From: Heteronotia binoei
Taxonomy: Eukaryota
Assembly (NCBI RefSeq): GCF_032191835.1
Contig: NC_083238.1
Location: 7,812,001-7,876,000, forward strand
Length of the DNA stretch: 64,000 nt
Reading direction: 5' to 3'
A program made the translations under genes and the position numbers. Within the stretch, counting starts at the first letter, position 1, and every line of letters begins with the position of its first letter. Below the pieces are notes generated by a model. The model was not told where the DNA came from. It saw only the letters and a list, made by a program, of their open reading frames with translations, and made no database searches. Shown here piece by piece: positions 24,546 to 36,580 of this stretch.

Positions 24546-25870
24546 TGTAAGCCAAAATGCCCTCAAAACGAGGTTGGGGAATTGTCAGGTGGGCACCTGG
24601 CTCACTCAGGGTCATTTTACCTGTGTATACAGGATTAACCATCCAGAAAAGTAATGCTTAAGATATTAGGGACTCTAATTAAGTAAAAAATATAGGCTTC
24701 CATACAAGATAAAATACTCGTAAAACATACATACAGTCCTAGAAAAAAATAGAGAGAGATAAACAGACAACACATGGGTAGACAAACAGGGTGATAATTA
24801 CCGATCGTAGTCTTCAAGAAGGCTCCAATGGCGACATAAGAGGACAGGGGAAATGGACCCAAAACTGTGGCAAGAATCGGGGATGGATCTAGACAGCGGA
24901 ACCAGGGTACTGCTAGATGCACACCTGTGGGTAGCTAGTCCACAGATTATAAGGACTCTCTTGAGCCCTTAGGGGATGGGAGGTACGAGGGAGAAGGAAG
25001 GTGGTCAGCTGGTGTGTGACCTCACAAAAAAGGGGAAGTTTCGCAGTGACCATAAGGGCTGGACTACTGCGACAACCAATAGAAAGTTCATTGGTGGCAC
25101 CTAATTGGGTGCTTGCTATTGACCAATGGACTTGCCTGGATCCTGGATACCTGAGAGAACTTTCAGGTTGAAATGGACCAGGGGGGGGCTCCGAAGTGAC
25201 AGTTGGGGAGAATAATAGAGAGATTACTTGGGTGGGGAGATACTTAAGACTATTGGACTTATCTGAATGGGTGACAATAGAGAGTCAAATCATGGCCTAG
25301 GTAACACCCAGTTTGTACAAAGGAGCTTGGCTCTGGCTGATGATGGTCTTCCTCTTCTTCTGTCTTCTCCTGGGCAGCAGTCTTTGTCTAGAGTTCCGTT
25401 AAACGAAGAAAGTGGCAGTTGGACGATTAAGCACTCCTGGGGTGGGTAGGTTGCTTGTAGGCCAAAGGTGACATCTGGTGTGTACGTGAGCCGTCCGCTT
25501 CGCTGGAATGGAGTCAAGCCTGGTAGGAAAATGGCTGCATGGTGTTAGCCCTCCACGGTGGATTCCATGGTCAGAACTTCATAACCATTCGCCTGGATAG
25601 CTCCTGGCGGCACAGTTTCCTTCGCTCCAATGCTAGGATGGACATCATACGAAAACGACGGGGAGCCTTCCATTCTCCTGGTGGACACTCTTGTACCGGT
25701 CTAGAGTGCCTTTGTAGCGTTATGGTTACTTGTACTACATAAGTCCCTTTTGCCCTGGATAGGTTTACCCACACACTCTGGCCAGACGTGTGCGAGTGAC
25801 TTCTCCAGGTGCTCTGGCAACCAAGCTGGTAATCACGATGTTCTATAAGGGGGCTTTTCCTCAAAGCTGA
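24546..25870 (-). mobile_element. Long LTR-like element (copy 2, truncated at its 5' side)
   Basis: Reverse complement aligns with 4625-5963, e.g. gccaggtgcccacctgacaattccccaacctcgttttgagggcattttggcttaca and gaagactacgatcggtaattatcaccctgtttgtc. Confidence 0.75.
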
Positions 25871-25944
25871 TGTTTCATTCATTGATTACTCAGTACTATA
25901 AATTATAGCTGGCCATGTACCTGCATTCATGATACCAGGTTCCA

Positions 25945-26171
25945 GATACTCAGAGCAATTTACAATCTCCTTTCCCTTCCCCCACCCAACAACTGTGAGG
26001 TAGATGGGGCTGAAAGAGCTCTCTAAGAACTGCTCTTGAGCAGAACAGCTCTAAGAGAGTTATGACTGACCCAAGGTCACTCCAGCTGCTTCATGTAAAG
26101 GATTGGGAAATCAAACCTGGTTCTCCCAGATAAGAGTCCACACACTTAACTACTACACCAAACTGGCTCTC
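25945..26171 (-). mobile_element. Squam3-type SINE (older)
   Basis: ctgtgaggtagatggggctg...ctcccagataagagtccacacacttaactactacaccaaactggctctc. Confidence 0.85.
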
Positions 26172-27207
26172 AGTACTAGACAATAATAACTTTTAAAGAC
26201 TAATGGCCTTCCTCAGTTGAAGCTACCTTTTTGTGTGTTGATTCTTAGCTCTAAAAAGTGAGAGAAACTTGGGGAAAGGAACCCTGACTGAATGGTAGAC
26301 TGCATATTCTGGAAACCAAAGGTTCCCAGTTTGGTCCTTGTCCTCTCCAGTGTAAAGGTTCTGAGGTAGTAGAACTGAAGAAGACTCTATCTCTGTCCTG
26401 AAGATCCAGGAGAGCTGTTGCCAGAGACTAGATTGGGAAAGTTACATTGGGATAGGCCAGTGATCTGACTTGGTATAGAGTAGTTTCAAGTATCTGTAAT
26501 GAGCACTAATGATAGTTAAGAATACTATCTAAAAAGATTGTCCAGAAATCATGATAGCAAATAGGAAGGATGGAACTGGCACTAGATCTTTATGGTCTTG
26601 AATATGTTCTTGTATTTTTAACACCCCTCAACCCACATACTAGGCTGCCCAAGGAATAAAACTGTCTACAGTGAGCTTGACTTCTTGAGAAGGGGCTCTC
26701 TCTGAAAGTTCTATATCTTTTTAAAAAATTGCTCCTATGTGCAAACAAGGATGATATTGCATCCGATGAGAGTACAAAACACATGGATGTTGTTCCACAT
26801 GCTAACACGTTTGTGTGAAATTGGCTCCTAATGGCTCAAGCCATTGATGTTGATGGAACAACTGCTTGGATATGAGATCTGACTAATTATCATATCATCA
26901 AAGCTAAGGCAACAACAGCAACACCCTTTGTGGATTACTGAACCACATCAGTGACCCATAATGCTTGCATGGTGCCTTCCACACCAATGGATATGTAGGT
27001 ATTTTGCCCCAAAACTTTACAGCCAGGCCTCAGATTCAGCAGGAGCTCACAGGAGCACAGCTCCTGAACCTTTCTGAGAGTTCCACCTCCTCCTTCCCAC
27101 CCTGTCCACTGAATAGTTGGTGCAGCTGCATAACAATCCCTGGATGAGTTCCACCACCACCCTGATTACAGATAAATAGGTGAAACACTTATACGATTCA
27201 GGTGGGT

Positions 27208-27591
27208 AGAAGAAGAAGAAGAAGATATTGGATTTATATCCCACCCTCCACTCCGAAGAGTCTCAGAGCAGCTCACAATCTCCTTTCCCTTCCTCCCCCA
27301 CAACAGACACCCTGTGAGGTAGATGAAGATATTGGATTTATATCCCGCCCTCCACTCCGAAGAGTCTCAGAGCGGCTCACAATCTCCTTTCCCTTCCTCC
27401 CCCACAAAAGACACCCTGTGAGGTGGGTGGGGCTGGAGAGGGCTCTCACAGCAGCTGCCCTTTCAAGGACCACCTCTGCCAGAGCTATGGCTTACCCAAG
27501 GCCATGCTAGCAGGTGCAAGTGGAGGAGTGGGGAATCAAACCCGGTTCTCCCAGATAAGAGTCCGCACACGTAACCACTACACCAAACTGG
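27208..27591 (-). mobile_element. Squam3-type SINE with tandemly duplicated ~104-bp 3' region
   Basis: gaagatattggatttatatccc...ccctgtgaggt occurs at 27221 and again at 27325, followed by the body and head. Confidence 0.9.
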
Positions 27592-28685
27592 TAGCCATGT
27601 TGGTCTAAAGCAGCAGAACAAAGTTTGAATCTGGTGCCACTTTCAAGATGAACAAAATTTTATTCAGGGATAAGCTTTTGTGTACAAGCTCACTTCTTCA
27701 AATATGTTTTCCTGCATCTTATATGAGGATCATATAAAAACTGAACTGGTATGTGTGTCCATAAAAGAAAGAGGGCTGTTCCAGGAAGACATATCTAAAG
27801 CAATAGTTTTGAGGCACAAAGAGAAGGGGTTACTGAATATAATTTCAGTATTAGGAATACCACTACCATGATATTCAACCTACTTCCCATTAATCTCCAA
27901 CTTTTCCTTGATGTTAGACTGGTATAACAATGTTCCGCTGCCAATTGATTAAAGATTACCCTGGCTTTTTAATGGATTGCATTTAAATGTTCATGTTACA
28001 TAACTTTAGTGATGATGCTGTCTTGAAGAAATGGAAAGAAACAAACAATTTATTTTGCATGGGGTGAGATAAGTACAGGTTACCATCAATTGATGGTCAA
28101 GCTTCATTTAATATTGTAATTCAGTTTTGGGAAAACAGGACACAGAATGTTCCCTGTGACAGAAACAAATCTGGCTTCAAAAACAAAGGATTTCAAGGTC
28201 CATCAATATTAAGAAGTGTTTAAAAGGTGTACTGGCAATGATTTCAATTGTATACTGTTTGCTTTAGTGGCTGCATTCAGGTGAGTGGCTGTGTTGGTCT
28301 GAAGCAGCTGCTTTAGAGGCTCCAGTCCTTAAAGCCTGAAAGAGAGCCACCATTTTCACCCTGAAAGACAGAATACCTGATAGCTTGAGACACAAATTGA
28401 AAGGAAAAGCCAGAGTTACATTTCTTTATTCATAAAGTTTGGCACAAGGAGGAGGAACCCTGCATGCCTGTGCAGTCCAAATGGATGTCTGCCCTTCAAA
28501 AGACCTAAATCTTTGCCTGCACTTACCCTAACATTAATCAGAGAATAGGGTTTTAAATTTGCAATGAAAGATGAGTCGCTTGTTCTAATAAAGCTGCAAC
28601 CCTATTCATGCCAAACCTCCATTGAATGTAGTGGAGCTGCATTCTGAATAAATATGCATATATTTGGACTGTATAGTGATCATAG

Positions 28686-29074
28686 CCCTCACCCACACGA
28701 ACCCCAGAGAGCACTGAGGTCAGCAGGGAAGAACCTGCTGACCATCCCCGGGCCGAAAGAGGTAAAACTCTAAAGTACCCGCACTCGGGCTTTCTCTGTT
28801 ATGGCTCCACAATTATGGAATCAACTTCCAGAAGAAATGCGGGCCCTGCGGGACTTTGAACAGTTCCGCAGGGCCTGCAAGACCATCTTGTTTCAAATGG
28901 CCTTCACTGATTAGAACTGCTAAGTAAAGTTTGCCATTTAGGTAATAGCACAAAAATATTAATTGTACTGTTTTTTGAATTTTAATTGATTTTAATTAAT
29001 TGTACTTAAAATGTTTCATTGTATAATGTATATATTGAATTCTTGATGTTAGCCGCCCTGAGCCTGCTTTGGCG
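28686..29074 (+). mobile_element. L2 LINE 3' fragment (different subfamily)
   Basis: cccagagagcactgaggtcagc...ttccgcagggcctgcaagacc...gttagccgccctgagcctgct. Confidence 0.85.
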
Positions 29075-30606
29075 ACAATTTGAGTTGTAAACCCTGCACA
29101 CACCTGGGACAATTCAACTCCAACTTGTGCACAATCGAAACTGATGCCTTTTCTAATGAGCAAACTTGCAGATAGGTTTGTTCATTTCATCTCCACATTT
29201 CAATAGTATACAAGGGGGTGTGGCAGCTAGCTGTCTTCCTTATGGATATTAAAATAATCATCTCCTTTTATCAATCATGCCTGCAGCTTTATTACTATAA
29301 TTAGTACTCCCACAGCCATATGTAGCGCCCCCCCCCCTCTGTAGCGCTTCTCTGAATGCTAATGCTGATGCTGATATATGAGTGTTTTATCAACAAATCC
29401 CAATTATTTCCTCTGAGCAACAGCAAGCACTTAAAAATGGGATCCCCCCGCCATGAAACCAACTATGTGAAAGCCCTCCCTGCAGGGAGCAATGTCAATG
29501 AAACACACATTTCCTTCATTCTCTACTGGATCTCACAAATCCATCTCAAATAGGAATCCCATTTTCAGCAGCCTGAAAGACAATGCCATTTTGGCTGAGG
29601 GCCTCACAGGTGGTAATGTCATGGATACTCTCCCCCCCTTCCCAAGAATTCTGAATGCACAAATCACTTAACTAAAGTATATCTCTGCCTAAAAGCTAAA
29701 GTATAGAGCTGATATCCACTGAATATTTAAACAACAAAATTATTTCGAGCGTTGAATGATATTACATTTCATGTGGGCACTCTCACCATTCTCCCTCAAG
29801 ACATTCATTTATTTAAATACTATGAAAAGGCCCATTGTGAGAATAAATGCAACAGGCTCTAGAAAGAGGTTCTAGGTGAGGGCCCTAGTCTTGGGCACTC
29901 AGGATCAATTTGCTGCGGCATAACATGACAACGATCATGCAGACACTGAAGCTCAGTATTCCTTTTAACTGCAGCACATCGTTGCCACCTTTTCCTGTCA
30001 TATTTAGCCTTGTGGCTTTTAGCATTAGCATGTGCTTGTGGTGCCATCTGTCTTTTTCTGGCATGGCATGATTGTGTTATGGTGTACCATAGAGTATGCA
30101 CCTCAAGGCTGCCTTTTTCTGTAGGGGAATTGATCTGACTTCAGCTTTCCATCTCCTCCTCGTTCCATGTAGCCTCTGTCTAAGAAAAGTACAGCCTTTC
30201 TCCACAGTGTGGACCAGAGCAGGAGGGAAGAAACTTCAGCAGGGTATAATGACACTGCAAAGCAGCCATTTTCACCAGGGGAAGTGATCTCTGCCATCTG
30301 GAGAACAGTGGTAATTCTGAGTGATCTCCAGCACTCATCTGGAGATTGGCAACAGTGGTTCCCCAGGAGGAAAGGCTGGCTTGGAGGGTGTAGTCTATGA
30401 CATTGTATTTGACTGAGGTCCCATCCCTCTTCAAGCCCCGCCCTCTCTAGGCTCCACCCCTCAAATCTCCATAAATTTCCCAACCTGAGGTTGGCAACCC
30501 TATTTCCTTCTCAGCAAATCATCAACCTACCTTTATCTGCCCCTCTGACTTCAGCTCTCTAGCTCCTCCTCCCTCCCTTCTACATAGCTCTCTATGTAGA
30601 GCATTA

Positions 30607-31306
30607 TTGCTAGCAAAGTTCAGAAGGCTTTTGCATCTGGTTAGAGAAGAGGTTCAGGACTGTCTTGCTCCTAAATTAAACACTTAAGTGGTATTGAAGA
30701 AGAATTGCAGATTTATACCCCGCCTTTCTCTCTGGATCAGAGACTCAGAGCGGCTTACAATCTCCCATATCTTCTTCTCCCACAACAGACACCCTGTGAG
30801 GTGGGTGGGGCTGAGAGGACTCTCACAGCAGCTGCCCTTTCGAGGACAACCTCTGCAGAGCTATGGCTAACCCAAGGCCATTCCAGCAGGTGCAAGTGGA
30901 GGAGTGGGGAATATTGAAAGCTTTTTGCAACCAAAATTCAGAAGGCTTTTGCATCTGATTAAAGAAGAGGTTCAGGAATGGCTTGCTGCTCCTAATATAA
31001 ACATAATGTAGAGAGCAATTTGCTAGCAAAATTCAGAAAGCTATTGCATCTGGTTAGAGAAGAGGTTCATTACTGGCTTGTTCCTAATATAAATAAGTGG
31101 TATTGAGAGCTAAATTCTTAATAATAATCAATAATATATTTGAAAAATTGCTCACTTCCATTCAGCTTTGGGTTATATCTCATCATAATTGTCATGGGTT
31201 ATTCCAGGATGAGAAATTCTGAAGAAAGCAGAGAGCATTTTGCCAACCAAATTTAGAAGGCTTTTGCATCTCTTTAGAGACTTGGTTAAGGCCTGGCTTG
31301 CTCCCA
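30607..31306. repeat. Degenerate array of four ~90-100 bp units of unknown origin
   Basis: Core TTGC(T/A)A(G/C)CAAAATTCAGAAGGCTTTTGCATCTGGTTAGAGAAGAGGTTCAGG at ~30607, 30925, 31020 and 31240. Confidence 0.8.
30697..30912 (-). mobile_element. Squam3-type SINE, 5'-truncated, inserted in the array
   Basis: Matches the Squam3 3' two-thirds and is flanked by TATTGAA on both sides (probable TSD). Confidence 0.85.
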
Positions 31307-32083
31307 GTGTCAACACTGAATTGTAACTAAAGCTGATAACTTCGAAGAAAATAAGAATACCGCTGAGGAATACACTGAATTGTAACTGAGGCTGATAACT
31401 TTAAAGAAAATAAGAATACCCCTGAGGAAGATGTCTGACAAAATGAGCCAGGTGCTCATTGGATGGACTTTTATTTGTAATATTATGAAGTTATGCTTCT
31501 TTATAATACATGAAAATATTTATATGTCCTTTTAATTTTTTATTACTAAAAATGTTAAAACCAACATATCACAGTGTTTTTAATTTGTATAATGTATATA
31601 TTGAATTCTTGATGTTAGCCGCCCTGAGCCTGCTTTGGCGACAATTTGAGTTGTAAACCCTGCACACACCTGGGACAATTCAACTCCAACTTGTGCACAA
31701 TCGAAACTGATGCCTTTTCTAATGAGCAAACTTGCAGATAGGTTTGTTCATTTCATCTCCACATTTCAATAGTATACAAGGGGGCCTGGCTTGCTCCCAG
31801 TGTCAACACTGAATTGTAACTAAAGCTGATAACTTCGAAGAAAATAAGAATACCGCTGAGGAATACACTGAATTGTAACTGAGGCTGATAACTTTAAAGA
31901 AAATAAGAATACCCCTGAGGAAGATGTCTGACAAAATGAGCCAGGTGCTCATTGGATGGACTTTTATTTGTAATATTATGAAGTTATGCTTCTTTATAAT
32001 ACATGAAAATATTTATATGTCCTTTTAATTTTTTATTACTAAAAATGTTAAAACCAACATATCACAGTGTTTTTAATTTGTAT
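31290..32083 (+). repeat. Perfect direct duplication (31290-31590 = 31783-32083) separated by a copy of 29019-29218
   Basis: No differences found by eye between the two 301-bp copies or between the two 200-bp copies. Confidence 0.9.
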
Positions 32084-34809
32084 TTCCTGTAACATCCAGG
32101 TGGAGCCTGAAGATCTCCTAGTATCACAACTGAACTCTAGACAACAGATCTTTCTCCACTGAGAAAATAACTGCTTTGGAGGGTGGACTCTATGACATTA
32201 TATTCAGCTGTGGTGTCTCTTCTCCCCAAACTCTAGCCTCCACAGACTACACCACAAAATTTCCAGGAATTCCCGAACCTGGGGCTGTCAACCCTAGTCA
32301 TGAGTTCTCCCTCAAAGGCCAAAATAGGAAAGGGCTTCCCCCCCGCTTTTTACTGACAGAACCAAGCTTGGAATACTATGGTTGCTTAGCAACAGCCACT
32401 GAAGAAAAAAAGTGAGTGTAGTGTAAGAATGGAGGACCTACTGGGATGGGCTAATAGGATGCAAAGGTAGTTTCCCCAGAGGCCCATCCTTGTCTGTCCT
32501 GTGGCTGGAGGGTGGGGTTGCTCTCCATCAAGTTTGAGTGAAAGGCAGAAATGCAGCTCAGTCAATGGAAGGTGAGGTGAGTAACTGTGACCATAGTTTG
32601 CCTTATATATATATATATATATATATGACGTATGATAGTGTGTCACAGAGAATGCTCACCCAGCCATGATAGGAATGCAACATTGAGAGATAATGTTAGC
32701 ACTTCTGAAAACATACTGAAATTTCACAATAACATTACTTCCTGAATGTTGCATGTTGTGCAGGACACCAAATCTGTTTTGTATGATATGGAAACAATAG
32801 TATTAAACATCTGTTGCTTCATGTAGAATAAAAACAATGGAAGCTACATTATTCTGGAGGTATGCCTCATAATTCCCAAATGAAATTGGGTCTCAAAATG
32901 GACCTGTGTTCCAGTGCTCATTGTAGGGATGCGAGTCCTCAGGTCCAAGTAGAGGATCCCCAAATTTTTGAGGCTCCCCGAGATGCCAGCCAGCTGAGCA
33001 GTGGGGGGAAGCCCCACCCCAACAATTCTCAAATTTGCAGCTTGCAGGGCACTTTCTGAGCAAATTTGTGGCTTGAAGGGCAGGTACATGTGGTGCCCAT
33101 TCTTTCCAAGTGGGGGGTTGCTGGCTCCTGTGGCTTGGAAGGCAGGTGCACACAAGGCCCACTCTTTCTGAGCAGTGGCTGATGGCTCAAGCCACAAATT
33201 CACAGCTTGGAGGGCAGGTTTGCATGGTGCCAGCTCTTTTCAAGTGGCAGTCATGTGCACCTGCCTTGAAAGCAGCAAGTTCACAGCTTGCAGAGCAGGT
33301 GCGTAAGGCACCCACTTCCCCCTTAACTGTTTAAAGGGAAGGTCCCTTTAAATTAGGGGTGTCAAACTTACGGTCCACTGGCCACAGGGCTTTAATCAGA
33401 TCTATGGCTCTTTTCTCCCCCCTCTTCCCCCTCCTGTCCTCATTCTTTGAAGCTCCCAGGCTGCTGAAGTTCCCAGCTCCTTCAGCCTTGTCTTTGCCTG
33501 CCTTCAGCAGGCAGCTTTTTTTGGGCTTGCAAAGCTGCAAAGAAAATGCAGAATGGATTTCCCATTAAGGTTTCTGCGCCCAGATAGACCAATCCATTCT
33601 GTATTTTCCTTGCAACTTTGTCTGTGCTTCAATGTATTTCAATGGAATTGAGCTTGTTTCATTTTCCAGCTTTTGCATGGCCAGTTGAAGCTCCTTACAA
33701 ATAAAAGGTTGATGCTTTGAGCCAGCTTGTCTCTGCTGAATGGACTTGCAAACTGGTGCCTAGTGAATATTCTAACCTGGAAACCTACAGCAAAAAGAGG
33801 ATATTACACTGCAAAAGCCATTGCTAATCTGAGTAGACCCCGGGGGAGGGGGGAAGTTTGTAATGCCTAGCCATTTCATGTTTTCCTATGCTCAGAACAT
33901 TTTATATTTTTTAGTTTCTGCTGTGATCCTTGTGCTTTTTCTTTTAAAAAAAATTGCATTGCCAAATCCCTCTATCCTCCACCTTTCCATTTTAAACAAA
34001 ACATCACAGGAGTTTTAAGCATGCTTGTATTTTAAGTTTTTAAAAAATCTTTAATTGTGTTTGTCTGTGTCCTTTATGAAGTTTTTATCTCTGGTACCCA
34101 GCATTACATTTTATTACACACATGGCCTGGCTCCAGAAAGTCCCATTTATGTCAGATCCGGCCCTTGTAATAAATGGGTTTGATATCCGTGCTTTAAATT
34201 GTTGAGAGAAAGGAGGGGGGGCACATGTGGCACTGTGTCCCCAACATGATGACATCACTCCGTATGACATCATCACATTGGAGTTGGTCACTTCCACTCT
34301 CAGAATGTCCCCAAGCCCTTCTCCTTCCCCCACTGATGAGAAGATGGGATCTGGCAACCCTAGCTCATTCAGCGGTGAACCACTTTCTGGGTAGAACCAT
34401 CTCAAGCTATTCGTGGGAGCTCACATGACTGACTGCTTCTCCACATTAAAAAAAAAAAATCCCCTCCACACAGAGAACTAGATGTCAGGAAGAAAAATTC
34501 TAATTTAGAATTTTCTGCCAGTCTCCTGGAGGCATAGTAAAGTATTGAAGCGGCTGATAGCAGGCCCTCCCTAATCAGTCACTTTTTCGACATTCGTTGG
34601 TAAGTAGCACATTCATTCACTTAGCTTCAACCACCATCTGATGAGAATCTAGACATAGTATACCAGCACTGAGAAACCAGTCTTAATGTGGGCCAGGAGG
34701 ATTATATAATGTGCATAGGTACTGATGGCTCAAATGTACAGATAATGCATCATATTTATATGATCTTTACCCTCTAATACCTGATCCAGACATGATCTTG
34801 AGATACTAA

Positions 34810-34939
34810 GGCTGTAATCAAACACACTAAATAATGCACTTTCAATGCACTTTCGAACTGGATTTTGCCAGTTCACACAGTGAAAATTCAGTTGGAAAGT
34901 GGATTGAAAGTGCATTATTTAGTGTGTGTGATCACAGCC
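34810..34939. mobile_element. Small palindromic MITE (Harbinger-like ends)
   Basis: GGCTGTAATCAAACACACTAAATAATGCACTTTCAAT ... ATTGAAAGTGCATTATTTAGTGTGTGTGATCACAGCC. Confidence 0.75.
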
Positions 34940-36091
34940 ATTGATTATTAGTTGTATGATAACATCCAGAGAAGATGAAGCAATACCCAAACTCCCCCAA
35001 CATAATGTATGTTATCAATTTACAGCAGAAACACTGCTAAATCTGAGCCTTCATGTTAGGTATCTAACACATTTTTTTTCAAAGTACTAAAAACCTCTAC
35101 AGCCAAAGGTTCAAGAAATGCTAATAAAGATAAAACTTTAAAGACCTGTATTACCTTAAAAGCATGCAATAACTAAAGTTATTTAACAGCTTTACATTTT
35201 GAGTGTCTGAAAGAATACTATTAAACTCTTCACTTTAAAAAAACCATATTTAGATAGTCACCATTATAAATGAGCAATGAGGTATTTAGAACTCCTTTTC
35301 TTTGAAAGATATAAAATTGTAATTTAATGATTACATGCTACCTTTGATCTCTGGAAGCATCCCTCTGGTATGGGATGAAAGATGGAATAAAACCCTAACT
35401 GCAGGGTCTACTGACAACCACTTCTATACTTAATTTACTATACCTACAGGAGATCGACAGAAAATTCCTACGGCACATTTCAGACTTTAGCAATTTGCTT
35501 ATAAATTACCTAGGATCATATGCTTTCCAAGAGTCCACACACTTATCATCATGCGTAATACCACACCCAGATTGTCTCATTTTGCTCTTTCTACTTTACA
35601 TACCAAATACCTAAATCTTTGTTCAGAACTGGAATTCAAGAGAGCTTTATGACCATGCAGAGGAGTTTCTGAGGCCCACTTTGTTAGCAATCAGACCCCT
35701 CCTCCTGCTGAGGGGCAGCTTAAGGCCAAATCACCCCTTTGTACATCACCCCATGAAGTGCTTGGTCCAAAGTGGACCAAGATGGATGCTAGTTAAGCAG
35801 AGGCCCGAGAAAGCAGTTTTCAAGGCCAATGCCAGGGTGGCTACTACCTCCTTCTTGCCCTGGAGAGATTCAGGACAGACTCAGATCAATGGGTAACCCA
35901 GGACCTACTGATTCACTCAAAATAATCCCTTCAGCACCCAACCTGACTCCCCCTTCACCCATTACCCACATTTAAACTGTGATTAATCAACTGTTATTCA
36001 CCTTCCGCATCAGCCTTCCTACCTGGTGTTTGTGGGACCATCAAACCTCTCCCACCTCTTTGTCTACCTCTGTTAGAAGAATCAAGTCATT

Positions 36092-36580
36092 ATTAGGGTT
36101 TGTAGAATCTTTCGGGCTCAAGTGCCGTGTTCTACTGGAGAAAGTTTTTCTTCCAGACGTTTCGTTCTCAGCTGCGGAAAACATCCTCAGTGGCGTTGCA
36201 GCCGGAGCAGGTGCTCTGACCTTCTTGGCTGCTGTGCATTGAGTGAGGCCAGGGCTGCTGGAGAGCTGCTATTTCTAGGCTGGAGGGGGTGTGGCAACTG
36301 GTTTGTGGATGTGCCCATTGTTTGGTGGGGCTTCCTGGAAGGGTAGTGATAAGGAAACTGGCTGTTGAATGTGACCATTGTTCTGTGTTAATTGCTGGGA
36401 GGGTTGGAAGGGGTGTGAAGATAAGGAAGATGGTTGTTGACTGTGCTGATTGTTCTGTGGAATTTGCTGGTTGTTCAATTTATAGTCTGTAGGGTGTTTT
36501 GGAGAGCTGGGTACCAAGATTGGTGGATGAAAATGCCTTCTTCCTTTCTGTTAAAATTGTGCTGGTCATTGCCCTCTGGC
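36092..36580 (-). mobile_element. Penelope-like element 3' fragment (end of GIY-YIG ORF plus 3' terminal repeat)
   Basis: Minus-strand translation HNFNRKEEGIFIHQSWYPALQNTLQTIN* resembles the NFNR..EG/W.P.L tail of PLE GIY-YIG domains. Flanked by a repeated AATCAAGTCATT (36080-36091 and 36581-36592). Confidence 0.85.
36153..36193 (-). ncRNA. Minimal type I hammerhead ribozyme motif
   Basis: Minus strand reads CCA-CUGAGGA-U-GUUUUC-CGCAGCU-GAGAAC-GAAA-CG-UC-UGG: core CUGANGA/GAAA, paired helix II, 3-bp helix I (CCA/UGG) and a palindromic ACGU in place of helix III. Confidence 0.75.

Noticed and set aside
30607-31306. Repeated units as a CRISPR array or snoRNA cluster
   Set aside because: Eukaryotic context, degenerate long units, no unique regular spacers or cas genes, and no C/D or clear H/ACA boxes.
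32604-32625. Simple repeats: (TA)n here, (GT)n(GA)n at ~45033-45063, (GA)n at ~56331-56352, and G/C homopolymers in Sauria SINEs
   Set aside because: Ordinary microsatellites and homopolymer expansions.
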